A DNA stretch of 64,000 nt from Candidatus Aenigmatarchaeota archaeon (GCA_043808015.1 JAZDFI010000008.1:1-64000); one strand, 5' to 3'. Counted from the stretch's first letter, positions 27,306 to 37,524 are shown. Translations and numbers: made by a program. The notes: generated from the sequence alone by a model not told the origin.

Positions 27306-28382
27306 TTAGTCCATGTGCAGCTCGACGATGTCGCCGTCCCTGAGAAGATGTTTTATGCCGACCTTCTGGCCATCAAATCTTGCCGTCGGTCCCCATATGC
27401 GCGCGTGGTCAAGATTCCTGGCGAACTCCCTGTGTATGCGTTCCGCTGCATCGTATACTGTCACGCCTTTCTTCATTATGAGCGGTTTTTCCATGTCCGG
27501 CGGCTTGCCGATTCGCTTCAGGTATATCCTGACCAGCTCGAGACGATTCCATATCGCCCTCTTCATCTCTTCCACACCCTCGCCCTTCAGTGATGAGATT
27601 TTCATATAATCCTTTGGAATAGTTTTCCTCCGCTCGTCCGTAAGGAGGTCGGACTTGGAAAAAACAATCATCACCTTGACGTAAGCCCTGTTGCCTGACG
27701 TCGCGTCAATCAGTCGGTCGAGCGTTATGTCCTCGCGAATTATGACGTCGGCGTTGTGTATGCCGCGCTCGTTCATGATCAACTTGACCATTTTTTCGTC
27801 AACGTGCCGCAGGCGTACGCCTGCACTCACTTTGACTCCACCCCTGTCAGTCTTTTTTATCGTCACGTTCGGCGGTTTTTCGTTCAGCCTGAATCCCGCT
27901 TCGTAAAGTTCGCGCTGTATAACTTGCAGCTGCTGCGCGCTTTCTATCATTATCAGAATCAAATCGGCATTCCTTACAACCGAGAATATCTCCTTGCCGC
28001 GCCCGCGGCCGGCTGAAGCGCCAGTCACGATGCCTGGGATGTCCAGGACCTGTATTTTCGCGGAGTTGTATTCCAGTACGCCCGGCACGACGTCTAGAGT
28101 CGTGAAGTCGTATTCTCCGACCTTCGAATCCGCGGATGTTATCTTGTTAAGCAGCGTCGATTTGCCGACGGAAGGAAAGCCAACCAGCAGAACCGTCGCG
28201 TCTCCGCATTTCTTGACAGAAAAAACCTTACCGCCCACACCAGACTTGCCGCCGCTTTCTATTTCCTCCTTCAGTCGCGCTAGTTTACACTTCAGCTGGC
28301 CGACGTGGTATTGCGTGGCCTTGTTGTATTTGGTTTTGTGTATCTCCTCTTCTATCTTCTTCATTTCCTCTTCGCGACCCAT
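27306..28382 (-). CDS. DRG-family (OBG superfamily) GTP-binding protein with TGS domain
   Basis: YNKAT..H...LK.KLA, GFPSVGKSTL, YDFTT, D.PG, C-terminal TGS. Confidence 0.95.
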   Translation of the reverse strand: MGREEEMKKIEEEIHKTKYNKATQYHVGQLKCKLARLKEEIESGGKSGVGGKVFSVKKCGDATVLLVGFPSVGKSTLLNKITSADSKVGEYDFTTLDVVPGVLEYNSAKIQVLDIPGIVTGASAGRGRGKEIFSVVRNADLILIMIESAQQLQVIQRELYEAGFRLNEKPPNVTIKKTDRGGVKVSAGVRLRHVDEKMVKLIMNERGIHNADVIIREDITLDRLIDATSGNRAYVKVMIVFSKSDLLTDERRKTIPKDYMKISSLKGEGVEEMKRAIWNRLELVRIYLKRIGKPPDMEKPLIMKKGVTVYDAAERIHREFARNLDHARIWGPTARFDGQKVGIKHLLRDGDIVELHMD

Positions 28383-28421
28383 ATGCCCTCTTTTATTATG
28401 GAGTTTTCAGAATTATATTAT

Positions 28422-30062
28422 ATGGCTTTGCCTCTTTTATTCGATATTGGCATGATTATAGTCATTTCTGCGGTCCTAGCATACGTTGCCAAGTTTCTCA
28501 GACAACCGATACTGGTCGCATACGTGATTGCCGGCATTATCGTAGGACCCATGGGCATGGGCATAATAACTAACAGCGAAGAGATAGCGTTACTGTCGGA
28601 GCTGGGCATAGTTTTCCTGCTGTTTTCCGTAGGGCTGGAGATAGATTTCCGCAAGCTCAGGCATGTGGGATTCTCGTCGCTGGTCGGCGGCGCGATACAG
28701 ATAGCGCTCATGTTCGGCCTCGGTTTCGTCGTCGCTGGCATGTTCGGTCTGGGCTCGATGCTCGCCGTTTACATCGGCCTTTTGCTGGCGTTTTCGAGCA
28801 CCATGATAGTCGCCAAGATACTCGCGGACAAGGATGAACTCAACACCATGCACGGCAGGATAATGCTGGGCATACTGCTCCTGCAGGACGTCATCGCCAT
28901 AATCGTTCTTCCGCTGATGGCGAACATGGCGGCGGTAACGTCGCTTGATTTTACGTTGTCCATCGCCATGCGCGGCCTGGGGCTTTTCGCCCTTGCCATA
29001 GTTCTGAACAAATTTTTCTTCCCGCTCATACTCGACTACGCCGCGGAGAGGCATGAAGTCCTGTTCGTCACGGCGGTCGCGAACTGCTTCTTCTTCATAG
29101 GCGCCTCGTATTTCCTCGGCTTTTCGATAGCGATAGGCGGCTTCATAGCCGGCATATCGATGGCCAACTTCCCGTACAACGTCGAAATCGCTGGAGAAGT
29201 CCACGCGCTGAGAGACTTCTTCTCGATACTGTTCTTCTCGACGCTCGGCATGCAGGTCAATTTCCTGGTCTTGCAGCAGTCGCTTCCGCTTTTCGTGACG
29301 CTCATGCTTTTGCTCGTGCTGCTCAAGCCGGTACTGCTATCGTTCATCTATCTCCTGCTCGGATACGGCGGCAGGACGTCCGGATACATCGGTCTTGGCC
29401 TCGGCCAATCCAGCGAGTTCATGTTCATACTGGCCGCCGAGATGCTCGTCATAGGCTCCATAACGCGCGAATTTTATTCGCTGATCATAAGCGTCGTCGT
29501 GCTTTCGATAGTAATCACTCCATATGCCATGAACGCCAGGAGCGGTTTCTATAATATGTTCTCCCGTTTCAGGCTGCCGAAGCGTCTGCTGCATCCGAAA
29601 AGCATCCACGTCATAGAGAACCAGCCGAAAGACCAGATGAAAGCGCATGTCATAGTTTTCGGGGCGCACAGGATGGGAGGTAAAATAATAAAATACCTGG
29701 CCAGCGTGAAAGAGAAGTTCGTGGTCATAGAGCGCGACCCCGAGATAGTCAAGGAGCTCGGCAGGCAGAACGTTTACATAAAATATGGCGACGCGGAAAA
29801 CGAGGAGATACTCGAAAAGGTCGGACTCGCCAAAGCCAGGATGGTGATACTCACCATACCTTATGCCGACACATCGTCGTTCGTGATAAGAAGGGCCAGG
29901 AGGCTCAATCCCGGCATCAGGATCATAGCCCGCGCCCAGTGTGAACAGGACGCCGAAAGCCTTTATCTCGCCGGCGCGGACGCGGTCATAATACCCGAGA
30001 TCGTTTCAGCGGAGAAAATAATAAAGAAAATAGACCATTTTCGTAAAGAGAAAAAACTATGA
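28422..30062 (+). CDS. Cation:proton antiporter (KefB/KefC-like CPA2) with TrkA-N domain
   Basis: ELGIVFLLF.VGLE, FSST.IV.K.L, GILL.QD, G.HR.G, GDA; start MALPLL. Confidence 0.92.
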   Translation: MALPLLFDIGMIIVISAVLAYVAKFLRQPILVAYVIAGIIVGPMGMGIITNSEEIALLSELGIVFLLFSVGLEIDFRKLRHVGFSSLVGGAIQIALMFGLGFVVAGMFGLGSMLAVYIGLLLAFSSTMIVAKILADKDELNTMHGRIMLGILLLQDVIAIIVLPLMANMAAVTSLDFTLSIAMRGLGLFALAIVLNKFFFPLILDYAAERHEVLFVTAVANCFFFIGASYFLGFSIAIGGFIAGISMANFPYNVEIAGEVHALRDFFSILFFSTLGMQVNFLVLQQSLPLFVTLMLLLVLLKPVLLSFIYLLLGYGGRTSGYIGLGLGQSSEFMFILAAEMLVIGSITREFYSLIISVVVLSIVITPYAMNARSGFYNMFSRFRLPKRLLHPKSIHVIENQPKDQMKAHVIVFGAHRMGGKIIKYLASVKEKFVVIERDPEIVKELGRQNVYIKYGDAENEEILEKVGLAKARMVILTIPYADTSSFVIRRARRLNPGIRIIARAQCEQDAESLYLAGADAVIIPEIVSAEKIIKKIDHFRKEKKL

Positions 30063-30871
30063 GACACGCAATTTCTGCAGAACCCGTCCCGAAAGACCAG
30101 CATCTAATGACGAATCAGGGCACAGTTGATAAAATAGTGGCCGCCGCCAAATTGAAGCACGGCGACTACGTGCTCGAGATAGGTGCCGGTTCTGGTTTGC
30201 TGACGTTAAGGCTCGCTAGTAAGGGAGCCAGGGTGCTGGCGATAGAGATGGACAAACGCTTCGCAACAACGCTTGGAAAAATCGAGGCGGCTAACGTCGA
30301 AATAATATACGCCAATGCCATAGACCTCATCGACAAAATAAAGTTCAACAAGGTAGTGTCCAACATACCGTATGCCATATGCGAGCCGCTTGTCAGCAGA
30401 CTGATGAAAAAGGAGTTCGAAATCGCGGTTCTCAGCGTACCGGAGAGCTTCTACAAAATACTCACATCGAAGCCCGGGGAAAAAACGCATTCCATCCTTT
30501 CGCTGAAGGCGCAGAGTTTTTTCAGCACAGAGTTACTGTTCATCATAGACAAAAACGACTTCTCGCCGCCACCTAAGACGGAGTCAGTAGCCATCGCCAT
30601 AAGGCCGCTCTCGAAGAGCGATTACGAAAAAAATCCGGGCGCGTTCGTCTTCAGGGAGCTTTTCATGCAGAAGACCAAGAAGCTCGGCAACGCCCTGGCT
30701 GAAGCGCTCATAAACGCAGGCCGCATGCCACATGGCGAACAGCTCACCAAAAGGACAGCCAAGGCGAAAATAAAGGAAATGGAATTAGGCAAGCTGTTGC
30801 AAAAGAAAGTCGAAGAGATGCGGCTTGATGATTTAATGGCCGTGAAAAAGAAGCTCACAATTTCTTCATGA
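30059..30871 (+). CDS. rsmA: 16S rRNA dimethyladenosine transferase (KsgA/Dim1)
   Basis: DQH, VLEIGAGSG.LT, IE.D, VVSNIPY.I, F.PPPK..S. Confidence 0.88.
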   Translation: MRHAISAEPVPKDQHLMTNQGTVDKIVAAAKLKHGDYVLEIGAGSGLLTLRLASKGARVLAIEMDKRFATTLGKIEAANVEIIYANAIDLIDKIKFNKVVSNIPYAICEPLVSRLMKKEFEIAVLSVPESFYKILTSKPGEKTHSILSLKAQSFFSTELLFIIDKNDFSPPPKTESVAIAIRPLSKSDYEKNPGAFVFRELFMQKTKKLGNALAEALINAGRMPHGEQLTKRTAKAKIKEMELGKLLQKKVEEMRLDDLMAVKKKLTISS

Positions 30872-31565
30872 AGGCTTCGTCACCGGACTGGACGCTTACA
30901 CCTTTATCGGTTATCTTGTACGGGTGAAGCTTTTTCGAATGGTCGGAGCCGCTCATCTTCCATACCTGTATAGCGCGGTTGAATGAGAATTCGTCCCTCT
31001 CGTAGTAAAGCACTACCACACTGTCGGTGACGAATTCTTCGACGCCGTAGCGCGAAATCTTGCCCGCGCTGCCAGGAACGATTTCAGAGACCAGAAGCGC
31101 CGTGCATCCCAGCTTGCGCAGGATGACGGAAAGGTTGAAAATCATGCGCCTCAGCTCGGCTTTGTCGCGTACGTGGATGCCTAGAGCCGAAACAGAGTCG
31201 ATTACGACGCGCTGGGCCTTGGTGTCGCGTATGGAGTTCTCGAGTATCTCGAAAACCTCTTCTATGTGATAAGGGTCGTATTTTATGAAAGAGAACTTGC
31301 CGGCCTTTTCGTAAGGCTCGAAGTTGATGCCGAACTGGCTGACATTGTTCTTTATGCTCTGGGGCATTTCCTCGAACGACAGGTAAATGCCATTTTCCTT
31401 GAACTTGGTCAGGCCGTTGTATATGTATTGCGTGCATATGGTAGTCTTGCCAGTGCCGCAAGTGCCCGAAAGCAGGACGAGCTGCCCTTTCGGTATGCCG
31501 CCATTCATTATTTCGTCAAGGCCTTCTATACCCGTTTTTACGCGCTCCAACATAAGACCAACCAT
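30855..31565 (-). CDS. KaiC/RAD55-like RecA-superfamily ATPase (second paralog)
   Basis: KTGIEGLDE..GGIP, GTCGTGKTT, FEE, RVVIDS, YGVEEF..D. Confidence 0.92.
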   Translation of the reverse strand: MVGLMLERVKTGIEGLDEIMNGGIPKGQLVLLSGTCGTGKTTICTQYIYNGLTKFKENGIYLSFEEMPQSIKNNVSQFGINFEPYEKAGKFSFIKYDPYHIEEVFEILENSIRDTKAQRVVIDSVSALGIHVRDKAELRRMIFNLSVILRKLGCTALLVSEIVPGSAGKISRYGVEEFVTDSVVVLYYERDEFSFNRAIQVWKMSGSDHSKKLHPYKITDKGVSVQSGDEAFMKKL

Positions 31566-31645
31566 GAAAAATTTACAGTGTTATTCTTTTTCCGAGGCAG
31601 TATATATTGTTATTTGTCGCCCGATTCTTAAAAACGATTTTGGCG

Positions 31646-32671
31646 CTATCCCGATAGCCACCTGTTCAGACTGTCGCAGCTTTTGCCGCGGTTTGAGCAG
31701 ATGCGCTCTATGGTCTTGCCAATGCGCTCTTCCGAAAAGTCGAAATCGAGCATGAAGTCCCTGAGCGTCGCCATGTCAGGTTTCGTCCTCTTTATCTCCA
31801 CGTCGCTCACCGGCGGCTTCATGAAGAAGTCGAATATCTCCTGCGCGCTCGTCTCGTTATCCCAGGTGACGCGGGAAATCACGCCATCGAGGCTTTTATG
31901 ATCCTTCACCATCTTCAGCGCGGTTTTCGGACCGATGCCTTTGACGCCGCCCGGATTGTAGTCCGTGCCTATGAGAATCCCTGTTATTATCATCTGCTCG
32001 CGGCTCAGGCCGAGTTTCGCCAGCACGTCCTTTAGCTCGATAATCTCAGGCCTGACTTCGACGTAATCCTCCTTGCGCGCAACTTTGCGCCTGCCGCTGA
32101 CTGTAAGGTTCTTTATCATCCTGTTCGCCCCGAAAAGCACAGAGTCCCAGTCCTGCGAGCCGCTCGCCCAGACGACGCCCGCGTTCGCCATATAAGCAGC
32201 CTGTGCCTCTCCTTCGCTCGGCGCCTGGACGACAGGTATGCCCATTAGCTCTAGCAGTTTTTTCGCATCGCTTATCATGTCGCCTGTAAGCCGCGAAGTA
32301 GCCTGCGCATATCGCCTCACGGCCTCGATATCGCCGTCGTCCCTCGCCTTCTCGAGTTTCGCCTCAGCATTCTTCTTTATCGCGCTTCTTATCTCTGCAG
32401 TCCTGTGCTTGAACGCGGGCGGTTTGCCGTCGAATACGAATATCGGGTCTATGCCGTTCTCTATCAGGTTGGTCGTGCGGTAGAACAGCCCCGAGAGATG
32501 CGACGTGACGCGACCCTTCGAATCTTTCAGCGACTCGCCCGTGAAGCGGTCGCGTATTATGGAAAGGAACTGGTACATCGTGTTGAACGCATCTATCGCT
32601 ATCATCCGTCCCTTCAGGTCCGCTAGTTCTATCTGCCTGCCTGTGACCAGTTCTGAAAGATTCACGCCCAT
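31646..32671 (-). CDS. fen: Flap endonuclease 1
   Basis: MGV.L, DAFN..YQFL, TSHLSGLFYR, APSEGEAQ, GTDYN.GG..GIGPK.A. Confidence 0.96.
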   Translation of the reverse strand: MGVNLSELVTGRQIELADLKGRMIAIDAFNTMYQFLSIIRDRFTGESLKDSKGRVTSHLSGLFYRTTNLIENGIDPIFVFDGKPPAFKHRTAEIRSAIKKNAEAKLEKARDDGDIEAVRRYAQATSRLTGDMISDAKKLLELMGIPVVQAPSEGEAQAAYMANAGVVWASGSQDWDSVLFGANRMIKNLTVSGRRKVARKEDYVEVRPEIIELKDVLAKLGLSREQMIITGILIGTDYNPGGVKGIGPKTALKMVKDHKSLDGVISRVTWDNETSAQEIFDFFMKPPVSDVEIKRTKPDMATLRDFMLDFDFSEERIGKTIERICSNRGKSCDSLNRWLSG

Positions 32672-32717
32672 GCTAAAAATTGCCTTGGTGTTTAATAAAC
32701 AATAAGCGCATACGATG

Positions 32718-33278
32718 CTAGAAAACAATGAAGGATAGTCCTATAAGAACGAATGCCATGCCTGCTATTTTTGTCATGGTTTTCGGGTTGATTTTTTTCG
32801 TTATGAACTTACCGGCGTATATCGCCATCGCTGAAAGAGTGAACATGGCGACCAGCGTACCAGCGAGAACCGCTAGCGGATTGTATTGCGTGGCCAGAAG
32901 CCCGGATGAGAGTTGCGTTTTATCACCCCACTCGGCCATGAATATCATCAAGAAGCCTGCTAGAAACGGATTCTGCGATCTCATTTTGTCCGGCTGGCAT
33001 ATACCTTTCTCTAAAAACATCATCACGCCGAAGGCGATGAACATTCCGCCTGCGACTACTTTTACATAGAACTGCGGGATTAGCGCGGACAGGAAAGAGC
33101 CGGCGAGTATCGCCACGCCATCGACGATCAGATACCCCAGCGTTATGCCTATCAGAAGTTTGGTGTGGTTTTTCGTCTTTGAAGACATGAAAAGTATGCA
33201 CAGCTGCGTCTTATCTCCTAGCTCTGCTATGCCAACTGCGACAAGCGCGACCAGAAAGTCAGCTATCATAAGCGTCAC
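32718..33278 (-). CDS. TMEM165/GDT1 (UPF0016) family Ca/Mn transporter
   Basis: Two copies of the E(L/W)GDKTQL motif. Confidence 0.92.
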   Translation of the reverse strand: MTLMIADFLVALVAVGIAELGDKTQLCILFMSSKTKNHTKLLIGITLGYLIVDGVAILAGSFLSALIPQFYVKVVAGGMFIAFGVMMFLEKGICQPDKMRSQNPFLAGFLMIFMAEWGDKTQLSSGLLATQYNPLAVLAGTLVAMFTLSAMAIYAGKFITKKINPKTMTKIAGMAFVLIGLSFIVF

Positions 33279-33619
33279 TAGCAGCTGGAATGAATTAAGG
33301 CGACCGCTTTCTTCTTGTCGGCCAGGAAGCCGTTGAACATCTTAGCAGCCTTGGGCGAAAGGTCATGGTATATCTCGATTTTTTTGTCCTCAGCGGCCTG
33401 GGCGACTTCCTCGGGGATTGTGACGTGGCCTTCCATGCCAGTGCCCAGAATAATGAGTTCAGGCTCTTTCTCGGCAAGCTTCAGGAACTCGTTTATGCCG
33501 AACTCGTGCGATTTCGTGCGGAATTCGATCTTGCCGTCCCACCACACAATCATGTCGGAAAAGTAGGTCTTGCCGTCTATATCGACCTCGTCGAACCTGA
33601 CATCAGTTATCTTTACCAT
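33278..33619 (-). CDS. Mth938-like (DUF498) protein
   Basis: 'IDGK.Y.SD', 'PE.IILGTG', 'A...FN', 'A.IHSSC'. Confidence 0.85.
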   Translation of the reverse strand: MVKITDVRFDEVDIDGKTYFSDMIVWWDGKIEFRTKSHEFGINEFLKLAEKEPELIILGTGMEGHVTIPEEVAQAAEDKKIEIYHDLSPKAAKMFNGFLADKKKAVALIHSSC

Positions 33620-33652
33620 GTTTATTATTGGTATTGGAGCGGATAAAAAGAA

Positions 33653-33817
33653 TAGCCCCGGGCGGATTCGAACCGCCGTCAACCGGTTTCTCCCGATTCG
33701 GGTTTTTGCTGAAGCTTTTTATTAAAAAGCTTCGTCCAGAGCCGGTTATCCTTAACCCCCCTCTCAAATCGCTTTAAGAAAAATTTTCAAAGGGATTGGC
33801 CACTAGACTACGGGGCT
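33653..33817 (-). tRNA. tRNA-Gln(CTG) with two introns (D-arm 33752-33795; canonical 37/38 33688-33735)
   Basis: Splices to AGCCCCGTAGTCTAGTGGCCAAGGATAACCGGCTCTGGACCGGTTGACGGCGGTTCGAATCCGCCCGGGGCTA; a relaxed BHB defines the D-arm junction. Confidence 0.88.
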
Positions 33818-34692
33818 ATATTCAACATTCTTCTTACGTGCTTTATATTATTAAATCTTATGTTTGTTTTATATTTTTCTATCTCCTCCTTTTTAGAGAG
33901 GAAAAATTGATCTAAAATTATTTTAGATGGAGAAAAACCAAGTGATATTAAACCACTTCTCGCGTCAAAAAGCAAATTTTTAGATTTATTTTTAAAGGAT
34001 ATTCTCAATAATTTTCTATCTCGTCTTGACATTCTAAATATTGATCCATCTGTATCTATCAAACCTCTTATACATGATTTTAAAAAATTGGTATCAGTTT
34101 TTATCCATTCAGGTATTCCAACATTATTCACTTTTTTATTACCGTTTTTTAACCCAAAACTTTCCAATATTTTTATAATTTCTTTGCTGTATACAGTTAT
34201 GAATATTTCATTTTTTCTCATCTCGATTTTTGAATTTATTTTAAAAATGTCATCTACCAGAGGTTTTACAAAATTCAATAAATAATCTCTTTCTGTTTTC
34301 AAATCTCCAGCTATTTTTAACGCATATACGCCCTTTTCTCCGTTCCAGTAGAGATTACCATCGCCTAAAATTATCCCTATGATTTCAGCCAATTCGATTG
34401 ATTTTTCAGGAATCATAATTTTTTTGGTTTTACCGGGGGAATTTTTACCTCCCAGTACTTTGCCCCAATTGTCTTCCAGTTTTTTATCGATATGTTTGTA
34501 GAATTCAACTTCGGCAACCTGACACAATTTTTTAAAAACTTCTGAATTTAACGATACTTTTTCATTGAGTAAATCTATTCTCAAATAATCTTTACTAACT
34601 CCCACCATTTTACTCAATTGCAGCCATGTTTTATTTCTTTTCGCTTTCAATATAAGTTCCCTCTGCTTACCATTTTTTAATATTACCCGCAT
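33808..34692 (-). mobile_element. Free-standing LAGLIDADG homing endonuclease; its stop codon lies inside the tRNA-Gln 5' end
   Basis: 'LAEIIGIILGDG' and 'IRGLIDTDG'; very AT-rich; last codons GCC CCG TAG are tRNA nt 2-10. Confidence 0.88.
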
Positions 34693-34843
34693 TAAATTAT
34701 TTAGTTTTTCTCACTTATAAATTTCCTTGTACACTGGACTACATATTAAAAAGTAAAATAATGTCAAATTATTGTAACTTTTTAGTGATAAAACTATTTA
34801 TAAATAAAAAAATCAAGTATTTACAATAAAACGGGTGACAGGT

Positions 34844-36223
34844 ATGGACTTCGGTTTCGAGAGCTTCGATGCCGGTTTTGCAGGCTTTGACGTGGATGTG
34901 GAAGACTTCCATATCAGCAAAAAGAAGAAATACGACAGGATATGGAAGGTTGGTGCTGGCGGCAGCGTGTGCTCCAAACCTGTCATTGATGGCAATGTAG
35001 CTTACTTTGGGTCGCTTGATCATAATGTCTATGCTATTGATTTGAATACCGGCAAAGAGCTTTGGAGATTAAAGACTAACGGCCTTATACTTGATTCCTC
35101 TCCATCTCTGCATGATGGAGTGCTGTTCATCGGAACCTTTGGTCACGACGTTCATGCCATAAACGCTTATGAAGGAACCGAGTTGTGGAAATTCCGTGCA
35201 GGAGCGGAGATAAACTCCAGACCTCTCGTTTTCAACGATATGGTATTTTTCACGTCAAAGAACGGCTACATGTATGCTGTGAGCGAATCCTCTGGAAAGG
35301 AGCTGTGGCGCTTCAGGACGGGAGCGGAAATGGTTTCAGCACCGACCCAATACGATGGCAAAATAATAATCGGCTCATACGACGGATACCTTTATTGTGT
35401 TAATATCGACGGTAAGGAACTCTGGCGCTTCAGAACAGGAGCGGAAATAGAAAATGACGATTATTTTCTCATAGATGACGGCATAATATACTTCGGCAGC
35501 TTCGACAACAATCTTTATGCCGTGGACATAAAGACAGGCCGTGAAGCATGGCGCTTCAAAACGGGCAAATACGGCAACTGCGGCGTGCCGAGGATGCACA
35601 AAAAAGTCATATATTACGGATCGAGGGACGGTATATTCTACGCCATAGACTCCATTACGGGAAAAGAAACCTGGCGCTTCAGCACAGGCAAAGAGATAAT
35701 AGACAAGGGCCCCCTGGTATACAAAAACAAAATCTATTTCGGCGCGGGCGACAACAATGTTTATTGCCTGAACCTCGAAGGCGAAGAACTCTGGCGCTTC
35801 AAGACCAGCGGCGGAGTTTACACGTCTGTAGTTGAGCACAAAGGTACGCTCTACTTCGGCAGCTGGGACTGCCACCTTTACGCAGTCGATTCAGCTACGG
35901 GCAAAGAGGTGTGGCGCTTTGCGACTAGCTCGCTTACGCCAGCGCCGTTGCCGCCTGCATACGAATGCTTTGAAGTGGAAATCAAAAAAGGCGCTCACAT
36001 AGAGGACGCGATATCTGAAGAAAAATATTCCAGTAAAAAACACGATCACGTTTCTCTTTCAAACTACCAGATAACGAGCGAGTATTCGACTAAGAGCGAA
36101 TACAAGCAGAAGAGCGATTACGACGCCCATTGGGTAATGTTTGAAGGTATACTAAACGAGGAGGAACTGACATGTCTTTCGAATTTGGTGGATTTGAATC
36201 AGCGGACTTTGATGTCGAGCTAG
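34844..36223 (+). CDS. PQQ-like beta-propeller repeat protein (paralog 1)
   Basis: About eight ~40-aa repeats 'YFGS.D..LYA.D..TGKELWRF.TG'; no signal peptide. Confidence 0.9.
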   Translation: MDFGFESFDAGFAGFDVDVEDFHISKKKKYDRIWKVGAGGSVCSKPVIDGNVAYFGSLDHNVYAIDLNTGKELWRLKTNGLILDSSPSLHDGVLFIGTFGHDVHAINAYEGTELWKFRAGAEINSRPLVFNDMVFFTSKNGYMYAVSESSGKELWRFRTGAEMVSAPTQYDGKIIIGSYDGYLYCVNIDGKELWRFRTGAEIENDDYFLIDDGIIYFGSFDNNLYAVDIKTGREAWRFKTGKYGNCGVPRMHKKVIYYGSRDGIFYAIDSITGKETWRFSTGKEIIDKGPLVYKNKIYFGAGDNNVYCLNLEGEELWRFKTSGGVYTSVVEHKGTLYFGSWDCHLYAVDSATGKEVWRFATSSLTPAPLPPAYECFEVEIKKGAHIEDAISEEKYSSKKHDHVSLSNYQITSEYSTKSEYKQKSDYDAHWVMFEGILNEEELTCLSNLVDLNQRTLMSS

Positions 36224-37524
36224 AAGATATCGAAATTAAAAGAACGAAAAAATTCGACAGGATGTGGGAAGTCGGCTTCGGCGGCAGCATCAACAACGGA
36301 GTAAGGCTTGTTGACGGCATAATATATTTCGGAGCCATGGACAACTACGTTTACGCTGTCGACGCATCGGATGGCAAGGAAGTTTGGAAATTCAGGACAG
36401 GCGACGGCATATGCGAAAGCACGCCGGAAGTCTCGGGAGGCATAGTGTACGTCGGTTCTTTTGATCATAATCTTTACGCGATTGACGCCAAGACTGGTAC
36501 GATGAAATGGGCTTTCAGAACAGGCGGCAAGGTAGACGCATCCCCCATCGAAAGCGAAGGGATTGTTTATGCCGGCTCAAAGGACTGTTATATCTATGCC
36601 GTTGACTGCAAGTCTGGCAAAGAAGTATGGCGCTTCAGAACAGGAGACGAGATAGCCTCGGCTCCGACACTCCATGACAACGTGATTTTCAACGGCTCTT
36701 TTGACAAGAATTTCTACTGCCTGAACAAGAAAACGGGCAAGGAGATTTGGCGCTTCCGCACTGGTGGGGAAATACACAACGACAGGCCTTTCCTCGTGGT
36801 TAATGAAAGAGTATTTTTCACGTCATTTGACAGCCATCTTTACTGCGCTGATGTTAAAACGGGTAAAGAAATATGGCGTTTTAAGACCGGACGATACGGC
36901 AACGCTGGTAGTCCTGCGTATAACAACGGAGTCATATATCACGGTTCCAGAGACGGCATATTCTATGCAATTTCACATGAAGGCAGAGAGTTGTGGAGAT
37001 TCAGAACAGAGAGAGATGAACCTATAGACGTAATACCACTGATATACAAAAACAGGATATATTTCGGAGCAGGTGACGGTAACTTTTATTGTCTTGATCT
37101 GAACGGAAAGGAAATGTGGAGATTCAGAGCTTCACACAACATTTACACTTCTGCGGCCGTGTTTAACAATGTGATATTTTTCAATTCGATGGATTGCCAC
37201 TTATATGCGCTGGACGCGGACACCGGAGAGGAAGTGTGGAGATTCGCCACGTCGACGATGACAATCTCACCATTACCGCCGCCTTATGCATCCTTCAAAC
37301 TCGAGGTCCGTAAATCACAAATATCTGAACATTTTGATATCAAAGAAAAATACAAGAAAAGCAAAGAAGAAACAGTGTCGCTGTCCGATTACCACATCAA
37401 AAGCGATTATGCAACAACTAGCGAATACAAGCAAAAAAGCGACTACGACACGCATTGGGTCATGCTCGATGAAGTGTTTGCCGACGAACCTGAAATTTTC
37501 TGCGGAATTCTGAAGAAAGCCTGA
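36172..37524 (+). CDS. PQQ-like beta-propeller repeat protein (paralog 2)
   Basis: Same repeats and homologous acidic N- and C-terminal tails; GAGGAGG Shine-Dalgarno; overlaps paralog 1 by 52 nt. Confidence 0.9.
   Translation: MSFEFGGFESADFDVELEDIEIKRTKKFDRMWEVGFGGSINNGVRLVDGIIYFGAMDNYVYAVDASDGKEVWKFRTGDGICESTPEVSGGIVYVGSFDHNLYAIDAKTGTMKWAFRTGGKVDASPIESEGIVYAGSKDCYIYAVDCKSGKEVWRFRTGDEIASAPTLHDNVIFNGSFDKNFYCLNKKTGKEIWRFRTGGEIHNDRPFLVVNERVFFTSFDSHLYCADVKTGKEIWRFKTGRYGNAGSPAYNNGVIYHGSRDGIFYAISHEGRELWRFRTERDEPIDVIPLIYKNRIYFGAGDGNFYCLDLNGKEMWRFRASHNIYTSAAVFNNVIFFNSMDCHLYALDADTGEEVWRFATSTMTISPLPPPYASFKLEVRKSQISEHFDIKEKYKKSKEETVSLSDYHIKSDYATTSEYKQKSDYDTHWVMLDEVFADEPEIFCGILKKA

Noticed and set aside
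31569-31583. CACTGTA core upstream of the second KaiC gene
   Set aside because: Only 9/15 match and located next to the ATG rather than upstream of the TATA.
34774-34790. GTAACTTTTTAGTGATA resembling the module operator
   Set aside because: Half-sites are 2 nt further apart and the region is extremely AT-rich; likely chance.
34844-37524. Recurring TGGCGCTTCA..AC.GG nucleotide repeats resembling a CRISPR array
   Set aside because: They are in-frame codons for the WRF.TG blade motif with about 120-nt period and degenerate sequence; no cas genes in the window.
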